Origin: Vulgatibacter sp.
Lineage (GTDB): Bacteria > Myxococcota > Myxococcia > Myxococcales > Vulgatibacteraceae
NCBI RefSeq assembly: GCF_041687135.1
Contig: NZ_JAWLCN010000015.1
Span: 12,033 to 76,032, forward strand
DNA: 64,000 nucleotides
Reading direction: 5' to 3'
Part shown: piece by piece, positions 26,856 to 34,528 of the stretch
Numbering within the stretch: position 1 is the stretch's first letter
Layout: every line of letters begins with the position of its first letter
Position numbers and translations under genes: made by a program
Notes under the pieces: model-generated
What the model was told of the DNA's origin: nothing
Database searches by the model: none
What the model saw: the letters and a program-made list of their open reading frames with translations, nothing else

Positions 26856-27716
26856 TCAGCCGAGGAGCTTCAGGGCGACCTGCGGCATCTGGTTGGCCTG
26901 GGCGAGCACGGAGACGCCGGCCTGCATGAGGATCTGCGCGCGGCTCATGGCGGCGGTCTCCTCGGCGACGTCGGCGTCACGGATCCGCGACTCGGAGGCC
27001 GAGAGGTTCTCGGCGGTGACGTTGAGGTTGGCGATGGTGTGCTCGAGGCGGTTCTGGCTCGCGCCGAGCTTGGCGCGGTGGGCGCTGATGAGGTCGATCG
27101 CGTTGTTGACCTCGTCGAGCAGCGTACCGGCTGCCGTGATCGCCGCCGCCTCGTCCGTCGCCGCGGCGGCGGTAGTGAATCCCGTGAGGGCCGTGTTCAA
27201 ATCGGCGAACTCGGCCGCTGCGCCGATGTCGAGCTCGGCGAACTCCACGGTGAGCGTGTCGGTCGACGTCGCGCCGATCTGGAAAGTGCGATCCTCGCCG
27301 TTCAGCAGCTCGATGCCGTTGAAGGTCGAGCGCTGGGCGATCGCGTTGATCTCGGCGGTCAGCTCCGTCAGCTCGGTGTCGATGTTCTGGCGGTTGGAGT
27401 TGGAGAGCGTGCCGTTCGCCGCCTGCACGGAGAGCTGGCTCATCCGCTGCAACATCGTGTGGACCTCCTGCATCGCTCCTTCCGCGGTCTGGATCATCGA
27501 AATGGCATCGTTGGCGTTGCGGGCGGCCTGGTTGAGACCGCTGATCTGCGAGCGCAGCGTCTCGGAGATGGCGAGGCCCGCGGCGTCGTCGCCGGCCTTG
27601 GTGATGCGGTAACCGGAGGAGAGCTTGGAGAGGGTGCTACTCAGCTCGTTCTGCGTGCCGAAGAGGTTCCGCTGCGCATTGAGCGAACCGACGTTGGTGC
27701 GGATGGACATCGTCAT
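26856..27716 (-). CDS. fliC: flagellin (short, 286 aa)
   Basis: This is the 3' tail of track ORF 26856..29993, starting at ATG 27716 with an AGGAGA RBS. The N-terminus is MTMSIRTNVGSLNAQRNLFGTQNELSSTLSKLSSGYRITKAGDDAAGLAISE. The C-terminus is RIRDADVAEETAAMSRAQILMQAGVSVLAQANQMPQVALKLLG. Confidence 0.95.
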   Translation of the reverse strand: MTMSIRTNVGSLNAQRNLFGTQNELSSTLSKLSSGYRITKAGDDAAGLAISETLRSQISGLNQAARNANDAISMIQTAEGAMQEVHTMLQRMSQLSVQAANGTLSNSNRQNIDTELTELTAEINAIAQRSTFNGIELLNGEDRTFQIGATSTDTLTVEFAELDIGAAAEFADLNTALTGFTTAAAATDEAAAITAAGTLLDEVNNAIDLISAHRAKLGASQNRLEHTIANLNVTAENLSASESRIRDADVAEETAAMSRAQILMQAGVSVLAQANQMPQVALKLLG

Positions 27717-27757
27717 GGTGGTCTCCTGAAGCGGTGGAAGCGTTGCCGCTCCTCCGT

Positions 27758-27786
27758 TCTTCGGCACGTCGGCCGCTGGCGTTAAG
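27758..27786 (-). promoter_or_regulatory. sigma-28 (FliA) promoter of fliC
   Basis: Minus strand reads CTTAAC gccagcggccga CGTGCCGAAGA, i.e. TAAC-N15-GCCGAAGA versus the consensus TAAA-N15-GCCGATAA. The TAA is also the stop codon of the upstream 666-aa gene. Confidence 0.7.
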
Positions 27787-29782
27787 GCCCGAGGATCCGG
27801 TGCAGGTGGATCCAGAGGCGCCTCGAGGCGACCGAGCGCGCGTAGAGGCGCTCGAGGGGAGCCGCCTGCCTTCCGCCGACCCGCACGGCCACCCGCAGGA
27901 AGCGGAGCGGCGCCGTCGTGCCCACCGGCCAGGCGGCGGCGATGGCGCTCGCCGCCGCCTCCCAGCGCCAGCGGGCACCTGCGCCGAAGCGCTCGCCGAG
28001 GATCTCGAGCCAGAGTCCGTCCCGCAAATCGCCGCCGAGCGCCAGCGGTACCGTGGCCGTTGCGGCGTCCGCCGGCAGCAGGGGCAGCCTTGCGCCGGCG
28101 TGGCGCACCAGCAGCGCCGCAGCGCCCTCGAGGAGCGCTCGGCTCTCCTGCAGGTGCGCTTCGAGGCGGGCGACGCGTACCTTCTCGCCGAAGCGCCTGC
28201 CCTCGCTCCCGTAGATGACCCAGGCCGTTTCCCCACCCTGTGCCGCGACGACGGTGCATTCGACGGCATGGTGTGCGCTCGCGGCGGAAACCGCGGCGAG
28301 GAGCGGCGCCTCGTCGTCCACGGCGCACGCCCTGGGACGCGACAAGAAGCGCTCCCGGGAGAAGCGTCGCAGCGCGCCCTCCCGCAGGAGGAGCACCGCG
28401 CCACCCGCCTCCAGCGCGAGGGGATGGCGCGCCTCCCGGCAGCGCCTGAGGAGGCGATCGAGCCGGCCCACCAGTGGGGCAGCGGCAGGGCCGTCGCCGA
28501 GCAGATCGCAGGGCGTTCCGGCAGCTGCGGCGCGGAGCAGCGCCGCGAGGAGCTCCGGCGCCGGGAGATGCCGCGGGGTGCCCGAGCGCCCGCGCTCCAT
28601 CCGCACCACTCGCCCTGGCGCGAGGCAGAGCTTCGCGCCAGGGCCGCGGTTGAGGGGATCGAAGGGCGGCCCCGCCTCTTCGATACTGCCGATCGTGGCG
28701 ATCGCCGCGTCGCTCCCTGCGTGCCCCAGCCTGCGCGCCACCTGCAACCAGAATGGATCCTGCTCTGGAATCAGGCCCACGCGCGCACAGAGCGCCAGGT
28801 GGCGAAGCATCGCGCGGCCGCCGCCCGGGCGCCGGGCACCGAGCACACCTGCGCCCGCGGCGGCGATCTCCCGCTGCAGGGCCGGCAGCAGCGCCGCCGG
28901 CATGCCGGTTACGAGCATGTCGTTTCGCAGCTCGCCGACGAGCGCCGGGATGAGCCGGTGGCGTTGCCGGGCGACGGCGAAACAAAGCGCGCGGCCCACC
29001 TCGACCGCCCCCCGCGGCTTCGCGGGGAGGAGCCTGGTGGCGAAGCGGCGGGTCGAAGAAGAGCTTCCTCCGACGGCAGCGGCCTCGAGTGGCAACTCCG
29101 CCGCGACGTCGTCGAAGCGAGCCCAGAGCGCCGCGAAGAGCTCGGCATCCGCGAGCCAGAATGCCGGGAGCGCCGCGGTCCAGGCGAGGAACACGCGCAA
29201 GGGGTCGGCCCTGCGCACCAGCGAGAGGAGGAACGCTGCGAGGGAGGTCGGTGCCCGCTCGGCCAGCATCGCCGGGGCGATCGCCGGCCCGTCCGGCTGG
29301 ACCGCCTCGCCGGCGAGGAGGCCACCGAAGAGCAGCACCGCTCCGTCGATGCCGTCGCAGAGCCGCAACCGGAGCCGCTGGTGCGCGAGCAGACCTGCCG
29401 CCACGGCGAGCCGGCGCTCGAGATGGCGGCGCTCGCTGGCGATCGCGTTGGGAGAGTGGACGACCCGCACTTCGAGTCCGTCCGAGGCGGGAACCAGCCA
29501 TACCGCCTGCACCAGCCGCTTGCCGAGCTGGGCGGTGTGGGGCGAGGGCAGGCCGAAACGCCGTGCGGCTTCGCCCCAGCGCCTGCCCGAGCGGAGGCCG
29601 GCGATGCCCGGAGCGGGATCGGAGAGGCCCGGGTGGCGGAAGCTGCAGTGAAGCAGCGGCGGCAGGAGCCGCAGGGCGTGCCGGTCGCGCGACCCCAGTG
29701 CGTGAAGCACCCGGCGGGTCCGGGCACGCAGGAGCGCGATCCATCGGCGGTCGGACCGCGCAGTGGGGCTCGACGCCAGCAT
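27782..29782 (-). CDS. 666-aa protein, terminal cistron of the flgK-flgL unit; N-terminus resembles class I (CyaA-type) adenylate cyclase with a degenerate catalytic motif
   Basis: GC3 is high, unlike the two overlapping track ORFs. The ATG overlaps the flgL TGA (ATGA). [33 protein letters not shown] aligns without gaps to my recollection of the E. coli CyaA N-terminus. See findings. Confidence 0.6.
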   Translation of the reverse strand: [666 protein letters not shown]

Positions 29783-30663
29783 CAGAGCCTGTCGAGGAGG
29801 GTGAGCCGGAAGCTCTCGGACGCAGCGGCGAGGGCTGCCTCCAGGGCGCGCTGGGAGAGGGCGAGCTCGCTGGCGGCGGCGACGACGTCCGCCTCCGTGA
29901 GCCGCGCCACCTCGGCCTGCGCAGCGTCCCGGGCCTCCAGCGACGCGGCTGCAGCGGCCTCCAGGACGCCGGCCGAGCCGCCGATCCGGGCACGCTCCGC
30001 CGCGATCTGATCCTGCGCGGCGCCGAGAACGTCGATCTGCTGCGCCACCGCTGCCGGATCGTCGGCTGCGAGCGCGGCCGCCAGCGCCCGGAGGGAGGCG
30101 AAGAGATCGGACCCGCCGCCGGCGCCGCCGATCGCCACGTCCGGCCGCAGGGTCACGTCCTCGAAGACGCCGGGGGCCACCTCCACCTGGCGGCTGCCGG
30201 CGGTGCCGTGCCAGGTGCCGTCAGCGGCCCAGGGGGGCTGCGTGTCGGCGGTGCCGCCGAAGAGGAAGCGCCCGGCGTGCTCCGCGTTGAGCGCTGCGGT
30301 GATGCCGCGCGCGAGGGAGTCCACCTCCGCAGCCGCGGCGGCGCGCTCCGTGGCGCCCCAGGTTCCGTTGGCGAGCTGCACCGCGAGCTGCTCGGCTCGG
30401 CGCACCATCGTGGCGACGCTGCCCAGCGCAGCGTCCGCCTGCTCGAGCTGCGCCCGGGTCGACTCGACCGAGCCCCGGATCGACTCGAAGCGCGCCTGCG
30501 CCGCACGGCCGGCGACCACCGCCCCCATCGCAGTCGGCGCGTCGCCGGGATGCACCACCTGCAGGCCCGTGCCCGCAACCAGCGCCGCCCGGTCGGCGCG
30601 CGCGCGCGCCTGGAGGGTCGAGCGCTGCGCGCCGTCATAGATCATGCGATCGGTGATCCGCAC
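29782..30663 (-). CDS. flgL: flagellar hook-filament junction protein FlgL (HAP3)
   Basis: This is the tail of track ORF 29782..32118. The start is GTG 30663 (VRITDRMIYDGAQRSTLQ). The C-terminus is flagellin-like (ADVVAAASELALSQRALEAALAAASESFRLTLLDRL). Confidence 0.85.
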   Translation of the reverse strand: MRITDRMIYDGAQRSTLQARARADRAALVAGTGLQVVHPGDAPTAMGAVVAGRAAQARFESIRGSVESTRAQLEQADAALGSVATMVRRAEQLAVQLANGTWGATERAAAAAEVDSLARGITAALNAEHAGRFLFGGTADTQPPWAADGTWHGTAGSRQVEVAPGVFEDVTLRPDVAIGGAGGGSDLFASLRALAAALAADDPAAVAQQIDVLGAAQDQIAAERARIGGSAGVLEAAAAASLEARDAAQAEVARLTEADVVAAASELALSQRALEAALAAASESFRLTLLDRL

Positions 30664-30671
30664 GCCATCTC

Positions 30672-32054
30672 CTACTTGAGCTGCATCAGGGTATCGAGCA
30701 TCTCGTCCGTGGTCTGGATGACCTTGCCGACAGCCTCGTAGGCTCGCTGCGCCCGCGAGAGCTCGATCAGCTCCTCGTCCACCGAGACCCCCGACACCGA
30801 TTCGCGCATCGTCCCGAGGTGGTCGAGCAGCGCCGCCTCGTGGGCCGCAGCGGACGCCGCCCGCGCGGTGGCGGCGCCGAAGGCCGCGGTGATCGAGCCC
30901 AGTGTTCCCACCGGATCGGCGCTGCGCTCGGTGGCGATCAGGGCGAGCAGGTTGGCGCCGTCGCCGGCAGCGCCCCCGACGGCTGCGGTGGCGAGAAGCG
31001 CCGGGTTCGTGGCGATCGCCGGGTCGAGGGTGAGCCGGGCCGCGGCCCCGTCCACGTCGGTCCCCACCACGAAGAGCTCCCTGCCGGTGGAGCCGTCGGT
31101 GCCGCTGCCGCCCGCATGGACCGCGTTGAGGGCACCGGCCAGGTCGAAGGCGAGGCGATCGATCGCCGCGCCTGCCTGGGCCAGGGCGCCGTCCCGCGCT
31201 GCCAGGCTCCCGCCGAGGGTGCCACCGAGCGCACCTGCAACGACCGGTGTGCCGCCGCCGTGCGGATGGACCAGTACCCGAAGCAGGCCACCGTTGGCCG
31301 GATCCGGCTCCACGGAGAGCCGTGCCGCGGTGGCGCCGCTCACCAGCGCCTTGCCGCCGGGAAGGACGAGGTGGACGTCGCCGCCGGCGTCGAGGATGGG
31401 GGTGGCCCCGGTGGCGGCGACGAGCTCGTCCTGCAGCCGCTGTCGCGCGTCCAGGAGGTCGTTGGGCGTGCCACCGGCAGCGTTCGCCTGGCGGATCTGC
31501 CGGTTCAGATCGGCGAGCTGCGCTGCTGCGGCCTCGATGGGGGCGAGCCCGGCGGCGAGCCTCGCGTCGAGGCCGGCGCGCGCCGCCTCGAGCGACGCGG
31601 CTGCGGTGCGGAAGCTCGCAGCGAGGGAGTCGGCAGCGTCGACCGCCACGCGCCGGAGGATCGGATCGGAGGGGCGATCGGCGAGGCCGCGAAGGGCGCC
31701 GTAGAAGCCGGACAGGGCGTCCGAGAGGCCGCCGGGCAGGGCGGGGTCGAGGGCACGGACCGCCTGCAGCGCCTCCGTCTCGGCCCTGGCGTGGGCCTCG
31801 CCGGCGAGGGCCTGCGGGATCTGCGATTCGAGGAACGAGTCGCGCACCCTGCCGATGGCCTGCACGAGCACGCCCCTGCCGACCCAGTGGTTTCCGAGGA
31901 GCTGCGCCGGTACCACCGCGGCGAGCGTCGCGCGCTGCCTCGTGTAGCCGGCGACGCCGGCGTTCTGGAGGTTGTGGCCGGCGGTGGCCACGGCGGTCTG
32001 GTGGGCGCCGAGGCTGCTGCTCGCCTGGGAGAGGAGCGCCAGGAGATTGGACAT
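30672..32054 (-). CDS. flgK: flagellar hook-associated protein FlgK (HAP1)
   Basis: The start is ATG 32054. The N-terminus is MSNLLALLSQASSSLGAHQTAVATAGHNLQNAGVAGYTRQ. The C-terminus is VSVDEELIELSRAQRAYEAVGKVIQTTDEMLDTLMQL. Confidence 0.9.
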   Translation of the reverse strand: MSNLLALLSQASSSLGAHQTAVATAGHNLQNAGVAGYTRQRATLAAVVPAQLLGNHWVGRGVLVQAIGRVRDSFLESQIPQALAGEAHARAETEALQAVRALDPALPGGLSDALSGFYGALRGLADRPSDPILRRVAVDAADSLAASFRTAAASLEAARAGLDARLAAGLAPIEAAAAQLADLNRQIRQANAAGGTPNDLLDARQRLQDELVAATGATPILDAGGDVHLVLPGGKALVSGATAARLSVEPDPANGGLLRVLVHPHGGGTPVVAGALGGTLGGSLAARDGALAQAGAAIDRLAFDLAGALNAVHAGGSGTDGSTGRELFVVGTDVDGAAARLTLDPAIATNPALLATAAVGGAAGDGANLLALIATERSADPVGTLGSITAAFGAATARAASAAAHEAALLDHLGTMRESVSGVSVDEELIELSRAQRAYEAVGKVIQTTDEMLDTLMQLK

Positions 32055-32056
32055 GG

Positions 32057-32437
32057 TCAGGGGGCTCCGCGGGCGAGGCCGCGCCGGTCGTAGGCTTCCG
32101 GTGTGGGCGCGAGGGCATGCGCGTAGCCGCGCACGCACCGCAAGGTGCGGGCTGCGAGGGCGGCGTTCTCCGCGTCGACGAAGCGGAGCCGCGCCGCCTC
32201 CCTGCGAATGGCGGCGAGCTGCGCCGCGATCGCCTCCGGACGCGGGCCGTCGTCGAGCGTGGCCCGGAGCTGCCGCTCCAGAACGCGGGCGCGTTCGCGG
32301 ACCGCTTCCCGCTCGGCTACCCAGTCGAGGAGCGCCGGCGCCTCGAGGCGCCGCAGGGCGGGCGTGAGACGCGCCGCATCCTCCGCCGCCCGCTGCAGGA
32401 GCCCGAGGAGCTCGCCTGCAATCGCCGGGGCGTTCAT
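32057..32437 (-). CDS. flgN: FlgN-family export chaperone (for FlgK/FlgL)
   Basis: This is the tail of track ORF 32057..33046. ATG 32437 overlaps the flgM TGA. It is a 126-aa helical protein in the canonical flgM-flgN-flgK position. Confidence 0.6.
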   Translation of the reverse strand: MNAPAIAGELLGLLQRAAEDAARLTPALRRLEAPALLDWVAEREAVRERARVLERQLRATLDDGPRPEAIAAQLAAIRREAARLRFVDAENAALAARTLRCVRGYAHALAPTPEAYDRRGLARGAP

Positions 32438-32763
32438 CTGTCGAGCATCGCGTGGAGCCTGGCGATCAGCTCGGCATCCTCGAGGATTCGCTCGGCGATG
32501 CGGGCCGGGTCGGGACGGTAGGTTCCCTTGCGCACCGCCGCTTCGATCTCGGCCAGCTGCGCCGCCCGCGCCCCTGCGGCCTCGTCGCGGGCCCGCGCCA
32601 CCGCCGCCTCGAGCTCGGCGCTCGCCTCGGTGGTGACACGGTCCGTCTCGGCAGCCCGCTCGGCTCGGCGGGTACCCTGCGCGGCCGCCCGATCGGTCGC
32701 GCGGCGGATCGACCCGGTGGAGGCCACCGCGGCGGGGCCGCCGATTTCCCTGGTATCGCTCAT
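32434..32763 (-). CDS. flgM: anti-sigma-28 factor FlgM
   Basis: 109 aa with a disordered N-half. The C-terminus AQLAEIEAAVRKGTYRPDPARIAERILEDAELIARL is typical of FlgM. Confidence 0.8.
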   Translation of the reverse strand: MSDTREIGGPAAVASTGSIRRATDRAAAQGTRRAERAAETDRVTTEASAELEAAVARARDEAAGARAAQLAEIEAAVRKGTYRPDPARIAERILEDAELIARLHAMLDR

Positions 32764-33425
32764 TCTTCCCCTCTCGCGTCGCTATCGGCACGGATCCCGT
32801 AAGCCTTAAGGGCTCGCGCCGGATCGACCGGGCGATCCCCTTCGCGGACCTCGAAGTGGAGGTGGGCGCCGGTGGCCCGGCCCGTCTCGCCCACCCGGGC
32901 GATGGCCTGCCCGCGCTCCACCACCGCCCCCTCCACCACGAGGAGCTCGGAGGCATGGGCGTAGAGGGTTGTGAGACCGGCTCCATGATCGATCTCCACT
33001 GCGAGCCCGTAGCCGCCGCGCTCCCCCGCCCGGCGCACCACGCCACCAGCCGCAGCGAGGACCGGCGTGCCCGGCGCAGCGGCGAGGTCGATCCCGCGGT
33101 GGTCGCCGGCGCCGCCGTGGATCGGATCGCGGCGGGCGCCGAAGCCGCTGGTCAGTACGCCTGCGCCATCGAGGAGCACGACCGGTTCCGGCGCCGGTGG
33201 CCTTGCCGGCTTTTCGTTCAGGTCGGGCGCGAGGCCCATCCCGCCGGCTTCCGCCAGCGCCTGCGCCAGGGCGTCGACGAAGAGATCGGTGTGGAGCGAG
33301 GCTCCGGCACCGGCACCAGCGGGCCGGAAGGCGCCGCTGGACTGGAGCATCTGCCGCAGGAGCAGCGCCTCGAAGGCCCGGGCCGCGTCGTCGCCGTCGC
33401 GGATGGTGGGTGCGCCGAGCAGCAT
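32760..33425 (-). CDS. flgJ: FlgJ-like rod-binding domain fused to an M23 (LytM) metallopeptidase
   Basis: The N-terminus DDAARAFEALLLRQMLQSS is a rod-binding motif. The C-terminus has HRGIDLAAAPGTPVLAAAGGVV ... IDHGAGLTTLYAHAS ... ATGAHLHFEV (HxxxD and HxH M23 motifs). No muramidase domain is present. Confidence 0.8.
   Translation of the reverse strand: MLLGAPTIRDGDDAARAFEALLLRQMLQSSGAFRPAGAGAGASLHTDLFVDALAQALAEAGGMGLAPDLNEKPARPPAPEPVVLLDGAGVLTSGFGARRDPIHGGAGDHRGIDLAAAPGTPVLAAAGGVVRRAGERGGYGLAVEIDHGAGLTTLYAHASELLVVEGAVVERGQAIARVGETGRATGAHLHFEVREGDRPVDPARALKAYGIRADSDARGEE
32782..32810 (-). promoter_or_regulatory. sigma-28 (FliA) promoter of flgM-flgN, embedded in the 3' end of the flgJ-like gene
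   Basis: Minus strand reads CTTAAG gcttacgggatc CGTGCCGATAG, i.e. TAAG-N15-GCCGATAG (7/8 match in the -10). It ends 18 nt before the flgM ATG. Confidence 0.75.
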
Positions 33426-34528
33426 CAGAGCACCTCGATCTCGGCGTCGAGGGCGCCAGCCGCCTTCATCGCCTGGAGGATGGCGATGAGGTCCCGAGGC
33501 CCGACGCCGAGGAGGCCGAGCGCCTGCACCAGCTCGTCCACGTTGCTCGCTGCCGGGAGCGCCTGCACGCCGATCCCCAATTCCTCCGCCTCGATGGCGG
33601 CCATCCGGTCGCGCACCGTGCGGCCGCCGTCGGAGAAGGGCGCGGGCTGGGAGATGACGGGGGTCGACCCGATGGAGACCCGCAGCCCGCCGTGGGAGAT
33701 CACCACCGGCCGGATCCGCACGTTCCGCCCGGCAACCACGGTGCCGGTTCGCTCGCTGATCGCCACGCGCGCGCGCTCGTCCGCCACCACCTCGAGTGCT
33801 TCGAGCTCGGCGACGAGGGCCACCAGATCCCCTCGCCTGGCATCGGGAACCACGACCTCGACCGCAGCCGGGTCGAGCGCCCGTGCCGCCTCGGGACCGA
33901 CCACGCCGCCGATGGCGCCCGCGATGCGGCTCGCGGTGGCGAAATCCGGATCGGCGAGCTGGAAGACGAGGGGACCGTCCGCGAGGTCGTGGACCACCGC
34001 CCGCTCCACCGTGCCACCGGATGGGACGCGGCCCGCGGTCGGGTGGTTCTTGCGCAGGCTCGACCCCGCCGCCGACGCCTCGTAGCCGCCCACCTGCACG
34101 GGCCCCTGTGCCAGGCCGTAGGTCTGGCCGTCGGGGCCGGTGAGCGGCGTCACCAGCAACACCCCGCCAGCGAGGGAGCGCGCGTTTCCGATGGAGCTCA
34201 CGGTCACGTCGATCCGGGTGCCGGGCCTCGCGAAGGGAGGAAGGCGCGCGGTGACCATCACCGCCGCCACGTTGCGGGATCGCACGTCGGCGGGATCGAT
34301 GCGGATGCCGAGGCGCCCGAGCATGCTGCTCACCGATTGCGACGTGAAGAAGACCCGCTCGGTGTCGCCGGATCCGGCGAGGCCGACCACGAGGCCGTAC
34401 CCGAAGAGCTCGTTCCCGCGGACGCCCTGCAGCGAGGTGAGGTCCTTGATCCGGGCGGTCGCCGCGCCGGCGTCGAAGGCGCCGAGCAGCATCGCGAGCA
34501 AGGCGAGGAGGGGAAGGACGTGTTTCAT
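33425..34528 (-). CDS. flgI: flagellar P-ring protein FlgI
   Basis: This is the tail of track ORF 33425..35752, starting at ATG 34528. The signal peptide is followed by RIKDLTSLQGVRGNELFGYGLVVGLAGSGD. Confidence 0.92.
   Translation of the reverse strand: MKHVLPLLALLAMLLGAFDAGAATARIKDLTSLQGVRGNELFGYGLVVGLAGSGDTERVFFTSQSVSSMLGRLGIRIDPADVRSRNVAAVMVTARLPPFARPGTRIDVTVSSIGNARSLAGGVLLVTPLTGPDGQTYGLAQGPVQVGGYEASAAGSSLRKNHPTAGRVPSGGTVERAVVHDLADGPLVFQLADPDFATASRIAGAIGGVVGPEAARALDPAAVEVVVPDARRGDLVALVAELEALEVVADERARVAISERTGTVVAGRNVRIRPVVISHGGLRVSIGSTPVISQPAPFSDGGRTVRDRMAAIEAEELGIGVQALPAASNVDELVQALGLLGVGPRDLIAILQAMKAAGALDAEIEVL

Noticed and set aside
27762-27776. Plus-strand GGCACGtcggccGC (GG-N10-GC) resembling a sigma-54 element
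   Set aside because: It lacks the TTGC arm, would fire antisense into the 666-aa gene, and is simply the reverse complement of the fliC sigma-28 promoter spacer.
26856-29993. 1045-aa minus-strand ORF
   Set aside because: It is a chimera. Only the last 286 codons are flagellin. The upstream part is a wrong-frame read (RPGA-rich) across the 666-aa gene and the flgL 3' end.
27734-30010. 758-aa plus-strand ORF
   Set aside because: It is antisense to the 666-aa gene and flgL. Its Glu/Arg/His/Gln-rich mirror-frame composition and lower GC3 argue against it.
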